This document shows positions 24,378 through 38,028 of a stretch of DNA of 64,000 nt, piece after piece. Position 1 is the first letter of the stretch; each line of letters starts with the position of its first letter. Below the pieces are notes generated by a model. That model had not been told where the DNA came from and ran no database searches. It saw only the letters and a list, made by a program, of their open reading frames with translations. The position numbers and the translations under genes were made by a program. The stretch comes from Octopus sinensis (taxonomy: Eukaryota): assembly GCF_006345805.1 (NCBI RefSeq), contig NC_042998.1, forward strand, positions 82,956,001 to 83,020,000, written 5' to 3'.

Positions 24378-24700
24378 GTAGTATGTATGTATGTATGTAT
24401 GTATGTATGTATGTATGTGTGTGTGTATGTATGTATGTATGTATGTATGTATGTTTGTATGTATGTATGTGTATATGTTTGTGTATCTGTGTTTGTCCCC
24501 CCAACATCGCTTGACAACCGATGGTGGTGTGTTTACATCCCCGTAAGATAGCGGTCCGGTAAAAGAGACCGATAGAATAAGTACTAGGCTTACAAAGAAT
24601 AAGTCCTGGGGTTGATTTGCCTGACAGAAGGTGGTGCTCCAGCATGGCTGCAATCAAATGATTGAAACAAGTAAAAGAGTAAAAGAGTAAAAGAGATGAA
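24140..24700 (+). mobile_element. Complete SINE family A with expanded internal microsatellite
   Basis: Head, ~190-bp (TA)n(TATG)n(TG)n core, 3' body and (gtaaaaga)n tail. Confidence 0.85.
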
Positions 24701-25840
24701 TGAACAAACAAAATAATGTTGGTGAGAAAATATGGAGGATGGACAATGACCTGTATCCATGTTTAATATCTTCTTTTCTTGTGTTTGAGATCTATGTAGA
24801 TAGGAGTGAGTATGAGTAAATAAAAATGTTCTTGTTGAAACAGCAATACTTGAGTGTTTGTATTAGAAAGATAAAAGCAGATATCATTGGCATGAGTGAA
24901 AAGAGGGGCCAGGTGATTGTCCTCCCTAAATCATCAATTTCAATATAGACTCATTGACAGTGCTTACTCTACTATATGACTTGTAATAACCTTTTTAGAA
25001 AGATACCTGACTACTTGGATTTATTATGGCATCTTTCTCACAAAGTTTCAGATTTATAGAAAGCTAACAATTATTCTGTGACATTCATACATGGCTGTGT
25101 AGATAGGGTGTTCTTTTTGTTACCAAGTGGTTTTGAGTTCTATCTCAATGCATGCCACCTTGGGCAAGTGTCTTCTGCTATAGCCTCACATCAACCAATG
25201 CCTACTCAGTAAAACTAATCAATGGATATGGTATAAAAGGCAGTTGTGTACATATATTCATCCATATCACCAACATCATTTTGTGTCTGTTTCCATGGAT
25301 AAGATGGTTTGACTGCAGCCAACAAGCCAGGCGACTGTGCCAAGCTCCAAATGTATGTTATATTCTGTTTTTGCTCATATAAATGGTTCCTCTGAAGAAG
25401 GAGCTGATTTCTAACAAAGATACAAAGCTCTATCATCGGAATGTAGGGAACAAAAACAAAGTCACATCTTAAATTTAAGAGAAGTCTTGCACATTTTTAC
25501 TGTTCCACTTAGTACCTGCATCCTCTCAGATAGCTTACTGACACTGTATTGTTGTTTTCATCAGTGCTGCTATAATTTCAGCCATGATTATGTTAACAAA
25601 ATTCCATGTAGTATAAAATATATTTTTAAAATCTGTCTGAATAAAGTTACTTTGGTAAGTAAAAGATGTTTTTTTTTATTTATAATAGGAGAAATAAACC
25701 AGTTTCTAATTTAGGCAAGAAGAGTCAGCATAAATGTAGAAGAAAGTATTCAAAATGAAATTTTAAACAATCCTTTACATCTGCACATCTGATGTTGATG
25801 GCTCCATCTTGTATGTATGCATGTAAGTATGTAAGTATGT

Positions 25841-28800
25841 AAAGAGCTTCGACGCTATGATCTTGACATCGTTGCTTTATCTGAGACAAGATTAGCTGGA
25901 GATGGCCATCTTACAGAATCTTGTGGAAAATATACATTCTTTTGGAAAGGGAGGAATGAAGAGTTTAGAGGAGAGGCTGGAGTGGCATTTGTTGTTAAGA
26001 CTACTCTTGTGGACAAGTTGGAAGAATTCCCAGCCGGGATTAACAAGCATCTTATGTCTATGAGAATTCCTTTGGTTAAAGGAAATTATGTGACCTTGGT
26101 GAGTGTGTATGCTCCAACTATGTGCTATACTGATGATATAAAAGTTTCTTTCTACCATGCTTTGAAGAGCATTATAAGAAATATCCCTCAGGCAGACAAA
26201 GTCATCGTACTGTGTGACTTCAATGCTAGAGTGGGTAGTAATTGGACTGCATGTGTGTGTGTACATATATATATGTATGGACTGTAGTTGGAAAGCATGG
26301 GGTAGGAAAGTGTAATGGCATTCTTCTGCTGCAGATGTGTGAGGAGCTGCGTCTGTGTTACCGATACCGTGTTTCAACAAAAGAATAAGTTTAAGACCAC
26401 ATTGATGTTAGGGTGCATGACAGACGAGATGTGCAATGTGTTCATGTTCTTCATGGGGCTGAGTGTTGGATTGACTACTGCCTAGTACATGCAAAAGTGA
26501 AATTAGTCGCAAAACGTAAAATTAAGGCTGCAGGTATTACCCTGCCTAAAAGACTGAATGTTGATCATCTTAGGTGTAATAGTGTAAAGAGAACTTTACG
26601 AGAGGAAATGAATGTTGCAGATATTGGGGAGGATTAGCCGACCCTTAAAAAGTCAGTTTATGATATAGGCAAGAAAGTTCTGGGATTGATACAAAGAAAG
26701 CATCAAGATTGGTTTAAAGAAAATAATGAACATATAGATGATATACTCGCTGATAAAAGATCTACTTTGTCACACTATTTGTCAGCAAAGCCACAGGAGA
26801 GGAAAGCGTTGCATAGAGAACTCAAGGATGTAAAATCATGTGTGTGGTGGAGGCTCTCTCAGATGATGGATACATGGTGGAGTAAGAAGGCTGATTAGAT
26901 ACAGGCGTCGTCGGATTCCAATAACACAAAGCTGTTGTATGGTCTCTTGTGAGAAGTTTATGGACCGACTTCTCTGATGACACCACTTCGAAGCATGATT
27001 CACAAGGAATTCTGCAAAGATGATGAGAGCACTTTGATGAACTTTTGAATCAGCAGTCTGTAGATAGTGAGGATGTTCTCAATCTCATCCCTGAGTTACC
27101 TGTGAAGGCGGCTCTCATAGAACCACCAAAGTTGGAAGAAGTTGCAGTGGCTGTCTCAAGGATGACTAATGGGAGGTTTCCGGGTATGGATGGCATATAT
27201 GCGGAATTGTTATAGCATGGTGGTGAGAAACTTCTGCAGCAACTTCACTCTTTGTTTGGTAGGATATGGGCTAGGGAATCGGTACCTGAGGACCGGAGAA
27301 ATACAGTAATGGTGGTCTTATATAAGGGAAAGGGCAACAGGAATGATTGTGATAACTATAGAGGAATATCATTGATTTCTGTCACAGGAAAGGTTTTATG
27401 CATGGATACTTCTGGATCATCTGCTGAAACACATTGCAGATTGTGTTCTTTGAGAAAGTCAATCTGGCTTTCACGTGGGATGCAGCACTGCTGATGTGAT
27501 CTTTTCAGCTAGACACCTTCGGGAGAAGTGTGTAGAACAGTCTCTGAATTTATATCAGGTATTTGTCGATCTGACAAAAGCCTTTGATACCGTTAATAGA
27601 AATGCACTGTGGAAAGTCCTCCAGAAACTTGGGTGTCCTGAAAAGTTCCTTGTTTGGTTAGGTCTTTTCATGAAGACATGAAGGGTAGGGTTAATGTTAG
27701 AGGGAAAATGTCAGATTGTGATCTAGTAGCGCACACAGAGATTGATATGCAACACATTTTGAATGCATTCTCTGATGCTTGCACTGCCTTGGTATTGACA
27801 GTCAGTCTTAAGAAAACTGTTGTCATGTACCAACCTGCCCCTGGTAAGCAGTATAGTGAACCAAATATCTATGTGTATGGTAAACGACTTGATGTAGTTG
27901 ATCAATTTGTCTATCTGGGAAGCACTGTTAATAAATATAGCAATTTGGACAATGAAATTCCATACAGAAATAGGAAAGCAAGTGATGCTTTTGGAAGGCT
28001 AGAAAGGTGCCTCTGGTGAGACATATGCAGGAAGACAAAGATAAAGATGTACAAGGCATGTGTGCTCTCTTCTCTTCTTTATGCCAGTGAGACATGGGTC
28101 AAATATCGATTCTACCTTAAACAACTGGAACGTTTCCATCATATGTGTCTCAGATGGATCTATGGCATTAAGTGGGAGGACCACATCAGTGATCTTGAAA
28201 TATTGGAAAGCTCTCGGTGTGAAAGTATAGAAGCTCTTGTGTTAAAGCAAAGGCTCAGATGGAGTGGTCATCTGGTCAGGATGAAGGATTCAAGGATGCC
28301 AAAACAACTCTTTTATGGAGAGTTAGCTAAAGGAGAATGACCTCCACATAAACCAAAAAAGAGGTATAAGGACTTGCTGAAGGCTTCCTTAAAAGATACT
28401 TGCATCTCTTCTTATACATGGGAGGGCATAGCTATTGACTGTAGCAGGTGGAGAAGGATTGTGCATGAGGGGACAGCTACTTTTGAGAAATCTCGAGTTG
28501 CGCATGAAAAAGTAAGGAGGGATGTCAGGAAGGCATCACTGTTACACTTCCAGATGGTAAGGGTCTTCTTATGATGCTGACATGCAGTGCCTGTGCAAGA
28601 CCCTACCTCAGTAAAGCTGGACTCAAGAGTCATCTTCGTAGTCATAAAGCAAGACAGATGATTGACAACCAGACCACTGGTGGTGGTGTTACACACCATA
28701 CTAATCATATCAGTCAAGTATGTAGAAGGGAGTGTAATTCGGCGGGAGAACTTAAACGACATGCAAAGGTACATGAAGCCCAGTTACAACTACAGCTGAC

Positions 28801-28947
28801 TATTTCCGGTAAAGGTTTTAGCTGCCAATTCCGTACAAGACATTGTAGATATTTAGCTGGGCTAAAAAGTCACATTCAATCAAAGCACTGATAACAGATG
28901 AGCCTTGTGCAATGGCGATACTTAATAATGAGTGGGCAGCCATCATG
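25841..28947 (+). mobile_element. Degenerate near-full-length BovB-like RTE LINE (APE + RT + three C2H2 fingers)
   Basis: DIVALSETRLAG, SVYAPT, CDFNARVG (APE); NYRGISL, FVDLTKAFDTVNR, LRWSGHLVRMKDSRMPKQLFYGEL (RT); ORF 28571-28891 with zinc fingers; tail gggcagccatcatg. Confidence 0.9.
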
Positions 28948-29721
28948 CATATAAGTTTGTATGCATGTATGTATGTATGTAGGTAGGTATGCATGTATGT
29001 ATGTGTGTATGTATGTGTGTGTATGTAAGTATGCATGTATATATGTGTGTACATACTTATGTATGTATGTGTCTATGTATGTATGTCTGTGTGTATATAT
29101 GTATAATTGTACGTGTGTATGTATGTATGTATGAATTAATGTATGTAGGCAGTAGGTAGGTAGGTAGGTAGGTAACATGTAACCCAATACAACTCATTGC
29201 ATGGTCGGATTGTTGGCGACTAAACTGGCAACCCCATCAAGCTGATTTGGTGAGGAGGGTGGTTGTTTGACACCCTGCTGGAGAAAAAATAAGACCTGTC
29301 AAAGGGGGGAAGAGCTCATGAGCAGTCAACAGCCAGCCAACAATATGTGTGCATGTGTATGTATGTATTCACGTGGAAATACCTGGGCTGGTGTTAAGGT
29401 GTGTGGTTAGTCCACTGGGAGTAGGAGGTCCGCTTTGTTGTTATCACAACATCTCTCTATAAACTCTGAAAACCTGCAACACTGACAATATTCAATGATG
29501 TAGACTAGTTCTTCTTTTCGAGTTTATGTTGTCCATGTTCAGAGAGCGGGATTGGATTTGTGCAAATCCTTTCCCCACTATAAAGAAGCATCATGCACAG
29601 GCATCACAAAAAAACAGAAGTAAGATCTATCACAAAAATGGCTGGTCGTAGCCTTCATATGTGTGGGACTTTCGATCAAGTGATGGCAATATTCAAACAC
29701 AAGTTTGCAGCCTTCATGTAT

Positions 29722-30560
29722 GTATCATCATCATTTAACGTCCATTGTCCATTCTGGTATGGGTTGGATGGTTTGATCAGGCTGGTTCACCGGGAGGCTG
29801 CACCAGACTCCAGTCTGATTTGGTATGGTTTTCTATGGCTGGATGCCCTTACTAAAACCAACTGCTCCAAGAGTGTAATGGGTGCTTTTACATGCCACCG
29901 GCACAGGTGCCATTTGCATGATACCAGGATGCATTTACATGCCACCAGCACAGGAGCCAATTTGCATGACACCGGTATCTGCCACAGCTGCAATTTTGCT
30001 TGGCTTGATGGGGTTTCTTCTCAAGCACAACATAATGCCAAAGCTCTTGGTCATAGCCTCCATGAAGCCCAACACTTGAAAGGAACTCAGCCACCTTGCT
30101 TCCATGAGGCCCAATACTGGAGAGGGACTCAACCGTTTTGCTTCTGTGAGGCCCAACATTCAAAAGATGTTCTTTACATGCCACCAGCGCAATTACATTT
30201 GGCTTGATGGATCCTCTCAAGCACAGCACATCGCCAAAGGTCTCGGTCACCAGTCATTGCCTCTGTGAGGCTCAAAGTTCAAAGATCATGCTTCACCACC
30301 TCATCCCACGTCTTCCTGGGTCTACTTCTACCACAGGTTCCCTCCACAGTTAGAGATCGGCACTTCTTTACACAGCTGTCCTCGTCTAGATACATCACAT
30401 GACCATACCAGCACAGTCATCTCTTTTGCACTCCACATCTGATTCCTCTTACACCTAACTTTTCTCTTAAGATGCTTACACTGTGTCAAACATGCTCACT
30501 GACATTGCACATCCAGCAAAACATGCTGGCTTCATTTCTTTCAAGCCTACACATGTCCTC
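29722..30560 (-). mobile_element. Truncated RTE LINE
   Basis: Reverse complement of the 690-1745 type (ORF2 C-terminus 30240-30560, tail at 29722). Confidence 0.8.
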
Positions 30561-30661
30561 AGACGTCATAGCCATGTTTCACTGTATGTATGTATGTATG
30601 TATGTATGTATGTATGTATGTATGTATGTATGCATGTATGTATGCATGTATACATGCATAC

Positions 30662-30695
<34 letters not shown>

Positions 30696-30704
30696 ATGCA
30701 TATG

Positions 30705-30746
<42 letters not shown>

Positions 30747-30820
30747 CAAGTTTTATTTTATAGTATAAACAGCAACTATTTCTATAATATAACTATACAT
30801 AGATATATATACATATATAT

Positions 30821-30874
<54 letters not shown>

Positions 30875-30876
<2 letters not shown>

Positions 30877-31152
30877 CATTTTTGGATTTGGTTTGCAAGA
30901 TTCTCTATATGAGTTCGTGTGTTGAAGCATATTCTGTTGTGTCTGGGGAGAGACATTTTCTTTTTGTGCCTTATAATGTAACACACTCACCGGTAAAATT
31001 TCCACTTATTTCTTATTTTTATTTTTCTAAAATTTTCATTGCGTCTTGCAACCTTTTCGGAAAATTAAAATAAGAAATAAGTGGAAATTTTACCAGTGAG
31101 TGTGTTACATTATAAGGCACAAAAAGAAAACGACTCTCCCCAGACACAACAG
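30875..31152. repeat. Inverted partial duplication (~95-bp arms, ~33-nt spacer); possible Penelope-like terminal repeat
   Basis: 30934-31027 is the reverse complement of 31060-31152; flanked by (TA)n/(TG)n. Confidence 0.8.
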
Positions 31153-31195
<43 letters not shown>

Positions 31196-31499
31196 GTATA
31201 TATCAAGATAAAGATATAAAATTATGGCTTTCATATAACTGTTTTACTGTAAAAATATTAACGAGTTTTCACAAGAGAAGTTTTAAACACAGAAGGGAGA
31301 GAGAGAGAGACAGTCACATACTACTGAAAAGTTTTCATAGAGAAGAAAGTTTATGTGTAAAACAAAATTTGCTGAATAAAACTTTAGTGTATGCTGTTTC
31401 TAAAAGGGGTTTTACAAAAGGAAAATCACATTTTACTAACCAGTTTCGCTGTCAAATTGCTAATCAAAGTTTAGAGTAAGTTCTTCAATGTATCTTTAA

Positions 31500-31545
31500 A
31501 CCATGCACACATTTTCACAAACACATATATGTATACATATGTATA

Positions 31546-31577
<32 letters not shown>

Positions 31578-31716
31578 GGCAGACATATAATTATATTATC
31601 ATCATTCTCATACACATATACATACATACATATATTATATATATATGCACATACATATACACACACACACATATATATTATATACACACACACAAATATA
31701 CATACATACACATACA

Positions 31717-31752
<36 letters not shown>

Positions 31753-31787
31753 TATGTGTATATACATGTGCACACACATAAACATAC

Positions 31788-31824
<37 letters not shown>

Positions 31825-31923
31825 TGTGTGTGTGTACACACACATATGCAGGCATGCACACACACAGGCATACATACACACATACATACAAACATACATA
31901 CATAGACATGCACATATACATAC

Positions 31924-31989
<66 letters not shown>

Positions 31990-31990
31990 A
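31500..31990. repeat. Compound (TA)/(CA)/(TACA)/(TG) microsatellite
   Basis: Directly visible. Confidence 0.95.
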
Positions 31991-33072
31991 CACTTCATTT
32001 CATTTTACTATATATATATTATTTATACTATATATTCTATATTCTACATTAATATTATAAAGAATATAAATAAAACATAAAAAACAGAGTTGGAATTTCT
32101 TTGAAAAATATATATATATGTGTGTGTGTATATTCAGTACTACATTTCTGTTCATACATATTTTCTGTAGCTAATTCAATTTCCCTTTATTAACTCAGAT
32201 AAATTCAATTACCATTATAACATAATTATCTTGTAACATCTTCCACTTTGCCTTGCCATCCAATTTCTCAAGAAATTACAAGAATTTCTTTATTTTTTTT
32301 CTCTCGAAAAAAATGAATGTTAGTTTAGTTTATGCAAGTATCTTTATTGATCAAGTAATCCCATTTGATGTTTGGAGCCTTCACTTTCTTTGATTGATGA
32401 TATCCACTCATTGATCTGTGACTGAGATGATGATGATGTTGTTTATTGTGACAACAGCCAACATTTACTCAAGCCTGCTGGAATGTTTTGGATCATAGAT
32501 CTACTCAATCAGTGATAAACGGTGGAGGACGGGGTGGGAGGCAAGAGTGGAAGAACAGTAACAATGACAACAACATCATAGGTGAAAACATACTTAATAT
32601 TTATAATATAAAGAAAATATTTAAAATATTATAGTGCCACACAAAATGCACCTGTTATGGTGCCATGTAAAAACCATTTATGAGAGTGCCACACAAAAAT
32701 CACCCAGTACCCTTATAAAATGGTTGGCATTAAGAAGAGCATCCAGATTTAGAAACCACATCAAAACAGACAATTGGAACCTGTTGCAGCCCCTGGCCTT
32801 GTTAGCTCTTGTCAAACCATCCAACCCATGCCAGCACGAAAAACAGACATTAAATGATGATGACAGCAATGATGGTGATGATGATGATTGTTGTAACAGT
32901 TGTTTAGCCACAGGCCATCCCTGACCAAGCAGGTCTATGATCAAAAGCAATCCAGTCATGATGATCCCATATTTTCAGATGGTAGGGTCAGGGTTGCCTT
33001 CAGATCATTATAGGTCCCTGAGCAAAGCAGCTCACTGGAGTTCTTATATACATATCCTACATGTTTACATAG

Positions 33073-33157
33073 ATTAGCATTAGGTCCCTTGGCTCCTGGG
33101 GTCTCCAGACAACTGCTCGGTGTGCCCATGCACTCAGTAGAGTGTGACGCGAGAAAG
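33073..33157 (+). CDS. Candidate small gene, coding exon 2 (LALGPLAPGVSRQLLGVPMHSVECDARK)
   Basis: Acceptor catgtttacatAG|; only one open frame (starts phase 2, ends phase 0); donor agaaag|GTTTGG; GC- and CpG-richer than the flanks. Confidence 0.6.
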
Positions 33158-34500
33158 GTTTGGTGGCTATTTCTAGTACATTGAGAAACAACATAAAGGT
33201 TATCAACATAATTAGTATTTCTATAAAATAATGGTTTCAAATTTTGGCACAAGGCCAGCAATTTTAAGAGAGTAGAGTGAGTTATGTTGGCCTCAGTAGT
33301 CACCTGATACATTTTTAAAATTTTGAAAGGCTGGAAAGCAAAGTTGACCTCAGTGGAATGTGAACCCAGAACATGAAGAATCAGAAGAAATTTCACTTAG
33401 CATTTTTGTCTGACCCACTGACAATTTTACCAGCTCCCCACCTTTTCTGCAGAATAATTAATTACTAAATGTGTTTCATTATGTCTTGTGAGGGTGAAGG
33501 CAGCAAGCTGGCAGAATCGTTAGCACGCTGGACAAAATGCTTAGCAGTATTTCACCCGTCATTATGTTCTGAGTTCAAATTCTGCCTAGGTTGACTTTGC
33601 CTTTAATCCTTTCAGGGGTTGATGAAATAAGTACCAGTTGAGTACTGGGGTCGATGTAATCAACTATACCCCTCCCCACAAATTTCAGGCTTTGTGCCTA
33701 TGGTATAAAGGATTATGTCTTGGGAGAGTCATTAAGCCAATAATGATAATACATACACACAGGTTCAATTTCACAGCAGACCTTGGAACAAGAAGGAAGT
33801 CAATAGGTCAATTAAAAGGTTACAAATGGCAATGGAAGAACTTTGACTAACAAACAACTAATTGGTTGTTAAACCAACAAATTAAACAAACAATCAGTGT
33901 CCCCCACCCCACCTGACTGGCTCTCGTGCCAGTGGCACATAAAAAGCACCATCAGAATGCAGTCCAATGTCAGGTCCACTTGACTGGCTCTCATGCCAGT
34001 GGAATGTAAAAAGCATAAACCGAACATGGCCAGTGCCCGTACCCACTGACCGGCCCCTATGCCGGTGGTACATAGAAAGGACTATCCAAACATGATCAAT
34101 GCCAGGCCCGCCTGACTGGCTCTTGTGCCAGTGGAATGTAAGAAGCACCCATTACACATTGGAGTGGTTGGCGTTAGGAAGGGCATCCAGCTGTAGAAAC
34201 ATTGCCAGATTAGATTGGAGCCTAGTGCAGCTGCTGGCTCTCCAGACCTCAGTCAAACCGTCCAACCCGTGCCAGCATGGAAAACAGACGTTAAACGATG
34301 ATAATGATGATGATGATGATGATGATGAATCAATTAGTTAGTTGGTTAAATATTTAAACAATTAATTAATAAGAAGAAGAAGGTGAATTGAACCTGTACA
34401 AGACACAACAAAATTTGTTTCATCACACAACTTCATATCAAGAATCTTGCAACCAAATACTAAAATGAAGTAAATATGTTTTTGCCAAATATTTACAAAT

Positions 34501-35050
34501 AGAAAAAATTATTATTTCTAAATTTCTGAACGAAAACCTTTCAGTAACAGTACTCTAGAGTAAAGATTATTTGCCAACATAATGTGGTAGTCCTGATTAG
34601 GATGAATGTTACTATTATTTAGCCCTAGGAAACATTATCCCCAGCTGGCTATCAACACACTATCTGCATCCTTATATTTTCGAACAAGGGAGTTTAGTGT
34701 ACCCACTCAGCTCAAAGCAATATCTGTGTAGCAATGGTTTCTGGGTTATTTCTCTTCATCAGCACAGAATAACTGCTCAGCTAGAGATGGCAACATTAGA
34801 CTCGTGTTCGAAATATATACTTTTCAAAGTGACACACAGTTAGTGATCTCATAAACAGAAAATTATTATTTCTAAATCTCTGAATGAGAAACATTCAGTA
34901 ACAATGCTCTAGAGTAAAGCTTATTGGCCAAATAATGTGGCAGTCCTGATTAGTCCTGTTACTATTATTTAGCCCCATGAAACATCATCTCTAGCTGGCT
35001 ATCGATGCACTATCTGCATTCTTATATTTTCAAACAAGGGAGCTTAGTGT
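34501..35050. repeat. ~200-bp diverged direct repeat (period ~356 bp)
   Basis: 34501-34700 and 34857-35050; partly homologous to the arm of the 14429 MITE. Confidence 0.8.
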
Positions 35051-35389
35051 CACTTCTTAAAAATTTACTATTTTACAGAAACATTTATTTGTGTTCACTG
35101 ACTGGAAACAAACCAACAGCTTCACTATCAACACAAGCAGTGTTGTATGCCTGCAGTTGTGTGCGATAGCATGTCTAGGCTTTCTGACTTGTCTGGACGT
35201 GTCAGGAAGACACAATCTGTGTAAACAGAAAGAAGGCATGTAACTATGTCCTGGCTGTTTGTTGTTTGATACACAGGAGGATTATGACCTTGCTTGGAAA
35301 CAGGTAAGGATTGGTGACAGGGAGAGCATCCAGCCATAGAAGATCTGCCTTTATGAATTCCATCTGGCCCATAGAAAAATGGACATTAA

Positions 35390-35700
35390 AGTGATGATGA
35401 GGTTGATGATGATGATGATAATGATGATAATGATGACAATCACAATAATGACAATGATGATGACAATGATGACAACCACCACTACCAACAACAATGATGA
35501 AGACAATGATGATGATCATGATGATCATTATGATGATGATGACATTGATGGTGATGACAATGACAACGATGACAATGATGATGATGATGATGGCAATGAT
35601 GATGATAACGTTGATGATAATGATGATGATGACAATGGTGATGATGATGATGACAGTGATGATGATGACGATGACAACGACAACGTTGGTGTTGCTGGTG
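35390..35700. repeat. (GAT/GAC/AAT)n trinucleotide tract
   Basis: Directly visible; follows an RTE-type tail. Confidence 0.9.
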
Positions 35701-35782
35701 ATTATCAAATATGTTTGAACCCTATTATGGTGTTATAAGCATTAAATATGCTTTTGCATAATGAGCCCTGTGGTCATCCTGT

Positions 35783-36935
35783 CACATCATCATCATCATC
35801 ATCATCGTTTAACGTCCGCGTTCCATGCTGGCATGGGTTGGACAGTTTGACTGAAGACTGGCAAGCCAGATGGCTGCACCAGGCTCCAGTCTGATGTGGC
35901 AGAGTTTCTACAGCTGGATGCCTAACACCAACCACTCCAAGCGTGTAGTGGGTGCTTTTACATACCACCAGTCTTTTACATTGCCAGTCAGGTGGTACTG
36001 GCAATGGCCATGCTCAAATGTTGTTTTTTATGTGCCATCTGCACAGGAGCCAGTCCAGCAGCAGTGGCAACAACCTTGCTTGAATGTTGCTTTTCACGTG
36101 CCTCTGGTACAAGTGCCAGTAAGAACACTGATAACGATCACACTCAAATGGTGCTTTTTATGTGCCACCAGCATGGGAGCCAGTCAGAGGCCCTGGCAAT
36201 GATCACGATCAGATGGTGCTTTTAACGTCCCACTGGCATGGGTGCTAGCCAGGTGGTGCAGTCATCGGCCATGTCAGCAAATTTGATTTTGATTGGGATT
36301 TCACTTTCCTCAACAGGTCTTCGCAAACAACACATAAGTAGGCTGGTTACACCACTGGCATAGGCCACAGGTTATGGTCTCATTTGGCTTGCCAGATCTT
36401 CTTAAGCATAACATATTTCCAAAGGTTTCGGTCACTAGTCATTGCCTCATTCAGGCCCAATGTTCAAAGGTCATGCTTCACCACCTCATCCCAGGTCTTC
36501 CTGGGTCTACCTCTTCCACAGATTCCCTCAACTGCTAGGGTGTGACACATTTTCACACAGCTGTCCTCATCTATTTGTACCACATGTCCATACCAGCACA
36601 GTTGTCTCTCTTGCACACCACATCTGATGCTTCTTAGGTCCAACTTTTCTCTCAAGGTGCTTACACTCTGACATTACACATCCAGCAGAGCATACTGGCT
36701 TCATTCCTTGCAAGCTTACGCATGTCCTCAGTAGTCATGGCCCATGTTTCACTGCCATGTAGCATGGCTGTTTGTATACATGCGTCATACAGTCTACCTT
36801 TTACTCTGAGTGAGAGGCCCTTTGTCACCAGCAGAGGTAGGAGCTCTCTGAACTTTGCCCAGGCTATTCTTATTCTAGCAGCTACACTTTCAGTGCACCC
36901 ACCCCTGCTACTGACTTGGTCACTTAGGTAACAGA
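35783..36935 (-). mobile_element. Truncated RTE LINE
   Basis: ORFs 36661-36942 (RIRIAWAKFRELLPLL..AMLHGSETW) and 36464-36655; 3' UTR repeats; tail at 35783. Confidence 0.85.
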
Positions 36936-37106
36936 ACTGCAAAATGTTTTATCTTGTTAAAATTTGTAAAAATCCACCTTTGCCTGCTTATACAATACAG
37001 CCTCTTAAATAGCAGCCACACACAACCCACAACATCGCATGTAATGGTTACATCTCAGTCTGATGAAAGATCCAGCAAATTCTTGAAGTTTGTTACAGTG
37101 TTGTCA

Positions 37107-37145
<39 letters not shown>

Positions 37146-37977
37146 TCATCATCATCATTTAACATCCCTTTTTTTATGCTGGGATGAGTTCAATGGTTCA
37201 GCAAGAAGAGAAAAGCCAGAGTGTTCCATCAGGATCTATGTCTGTTTTGGCATGGTTTCTACACCTGGATGCCCTTCCTGATGCCAACCACTTTGCAGAG
37301 TGTACCAGATGTTTTTTTGTTTTTTTTGTATATGGCTCCAGCACCAGTGAGACCATTGAGTACCCACAAGATAAGACCCCTCGAGTGAGCAGAGTACAGA
37401 CTGAAGAAAGAAACTACGATAGAGGGAAAGGAGCAAGTGTCTTGTTGAAGAGGTAAATACATGGTTTGCCCACCTGCAAGTGAGACAGAAAGAGAGAGAG
37501 AGAGAGGAAGGAAAAGATGTGAGGTTCAGGTACAACATGGATATGAGACAGAATAGCAAGTGCACTAAATGAAGTAATGTGACAGATGGAAGGAGGTGAG
37601 CTGGCAGAATCGTTAGCATGCCGGGTGAAATGCTTCGCAGTATTTTGTCTGTTGCTACGTTCTGAGTTCAAATTCTGCTGAGGTCGACTTCACTTTTCAT
37701 CCTTTCAGGGTCGATAAATTAAGTACCAGTTGAGCAGTAATCAACTTGCTCCTTCCTCAAAAATTTCAGGCTTTGTGCCTATAGTAGAAAGGATAATGTG
37801 ACAGGTGACTGGAGACAGGGAATGAGTTGGGCACCAAAGATATCAGTTTAGTGTAGTGGAAAGTGAAGAAAATAAAAGAATATTAAAATGTTGTAAGCAT
37901 TAGACATTGCTTTGCAAACTGAACTGATTTGGGACGAGGGAGTTTGTTTGGTTTTCATTTTTTCATTTGCGTTTTAT

Positions 37978-38028
<51 letters not shown>

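Noticed and set aside
25565-25654. Extra + strand exon candidates (25565-25654; 8-nt microexon 23103-23110)
   Set aside because: Plausible splice signals, but phases do not fit between the 17800 and 33073 exons and the peptides are unconvincing.
30472-32080. Long IYIY/THTH/CVCV/MYV ORFs here and at 15725-16165, 16543-16939, 24196-24711, 28818-29187, 41769-42249
   Set aside because: Stop-free translations of microsatellites, open in several frames and on both strands.
35244-35738. Poly-Asp/poly-Met ORFs (and poly-Glu/Arg ORFs at 40359-40829)
   Set aside because: Trinucleotide tracts extending from RTE tails; no splice or domain support.
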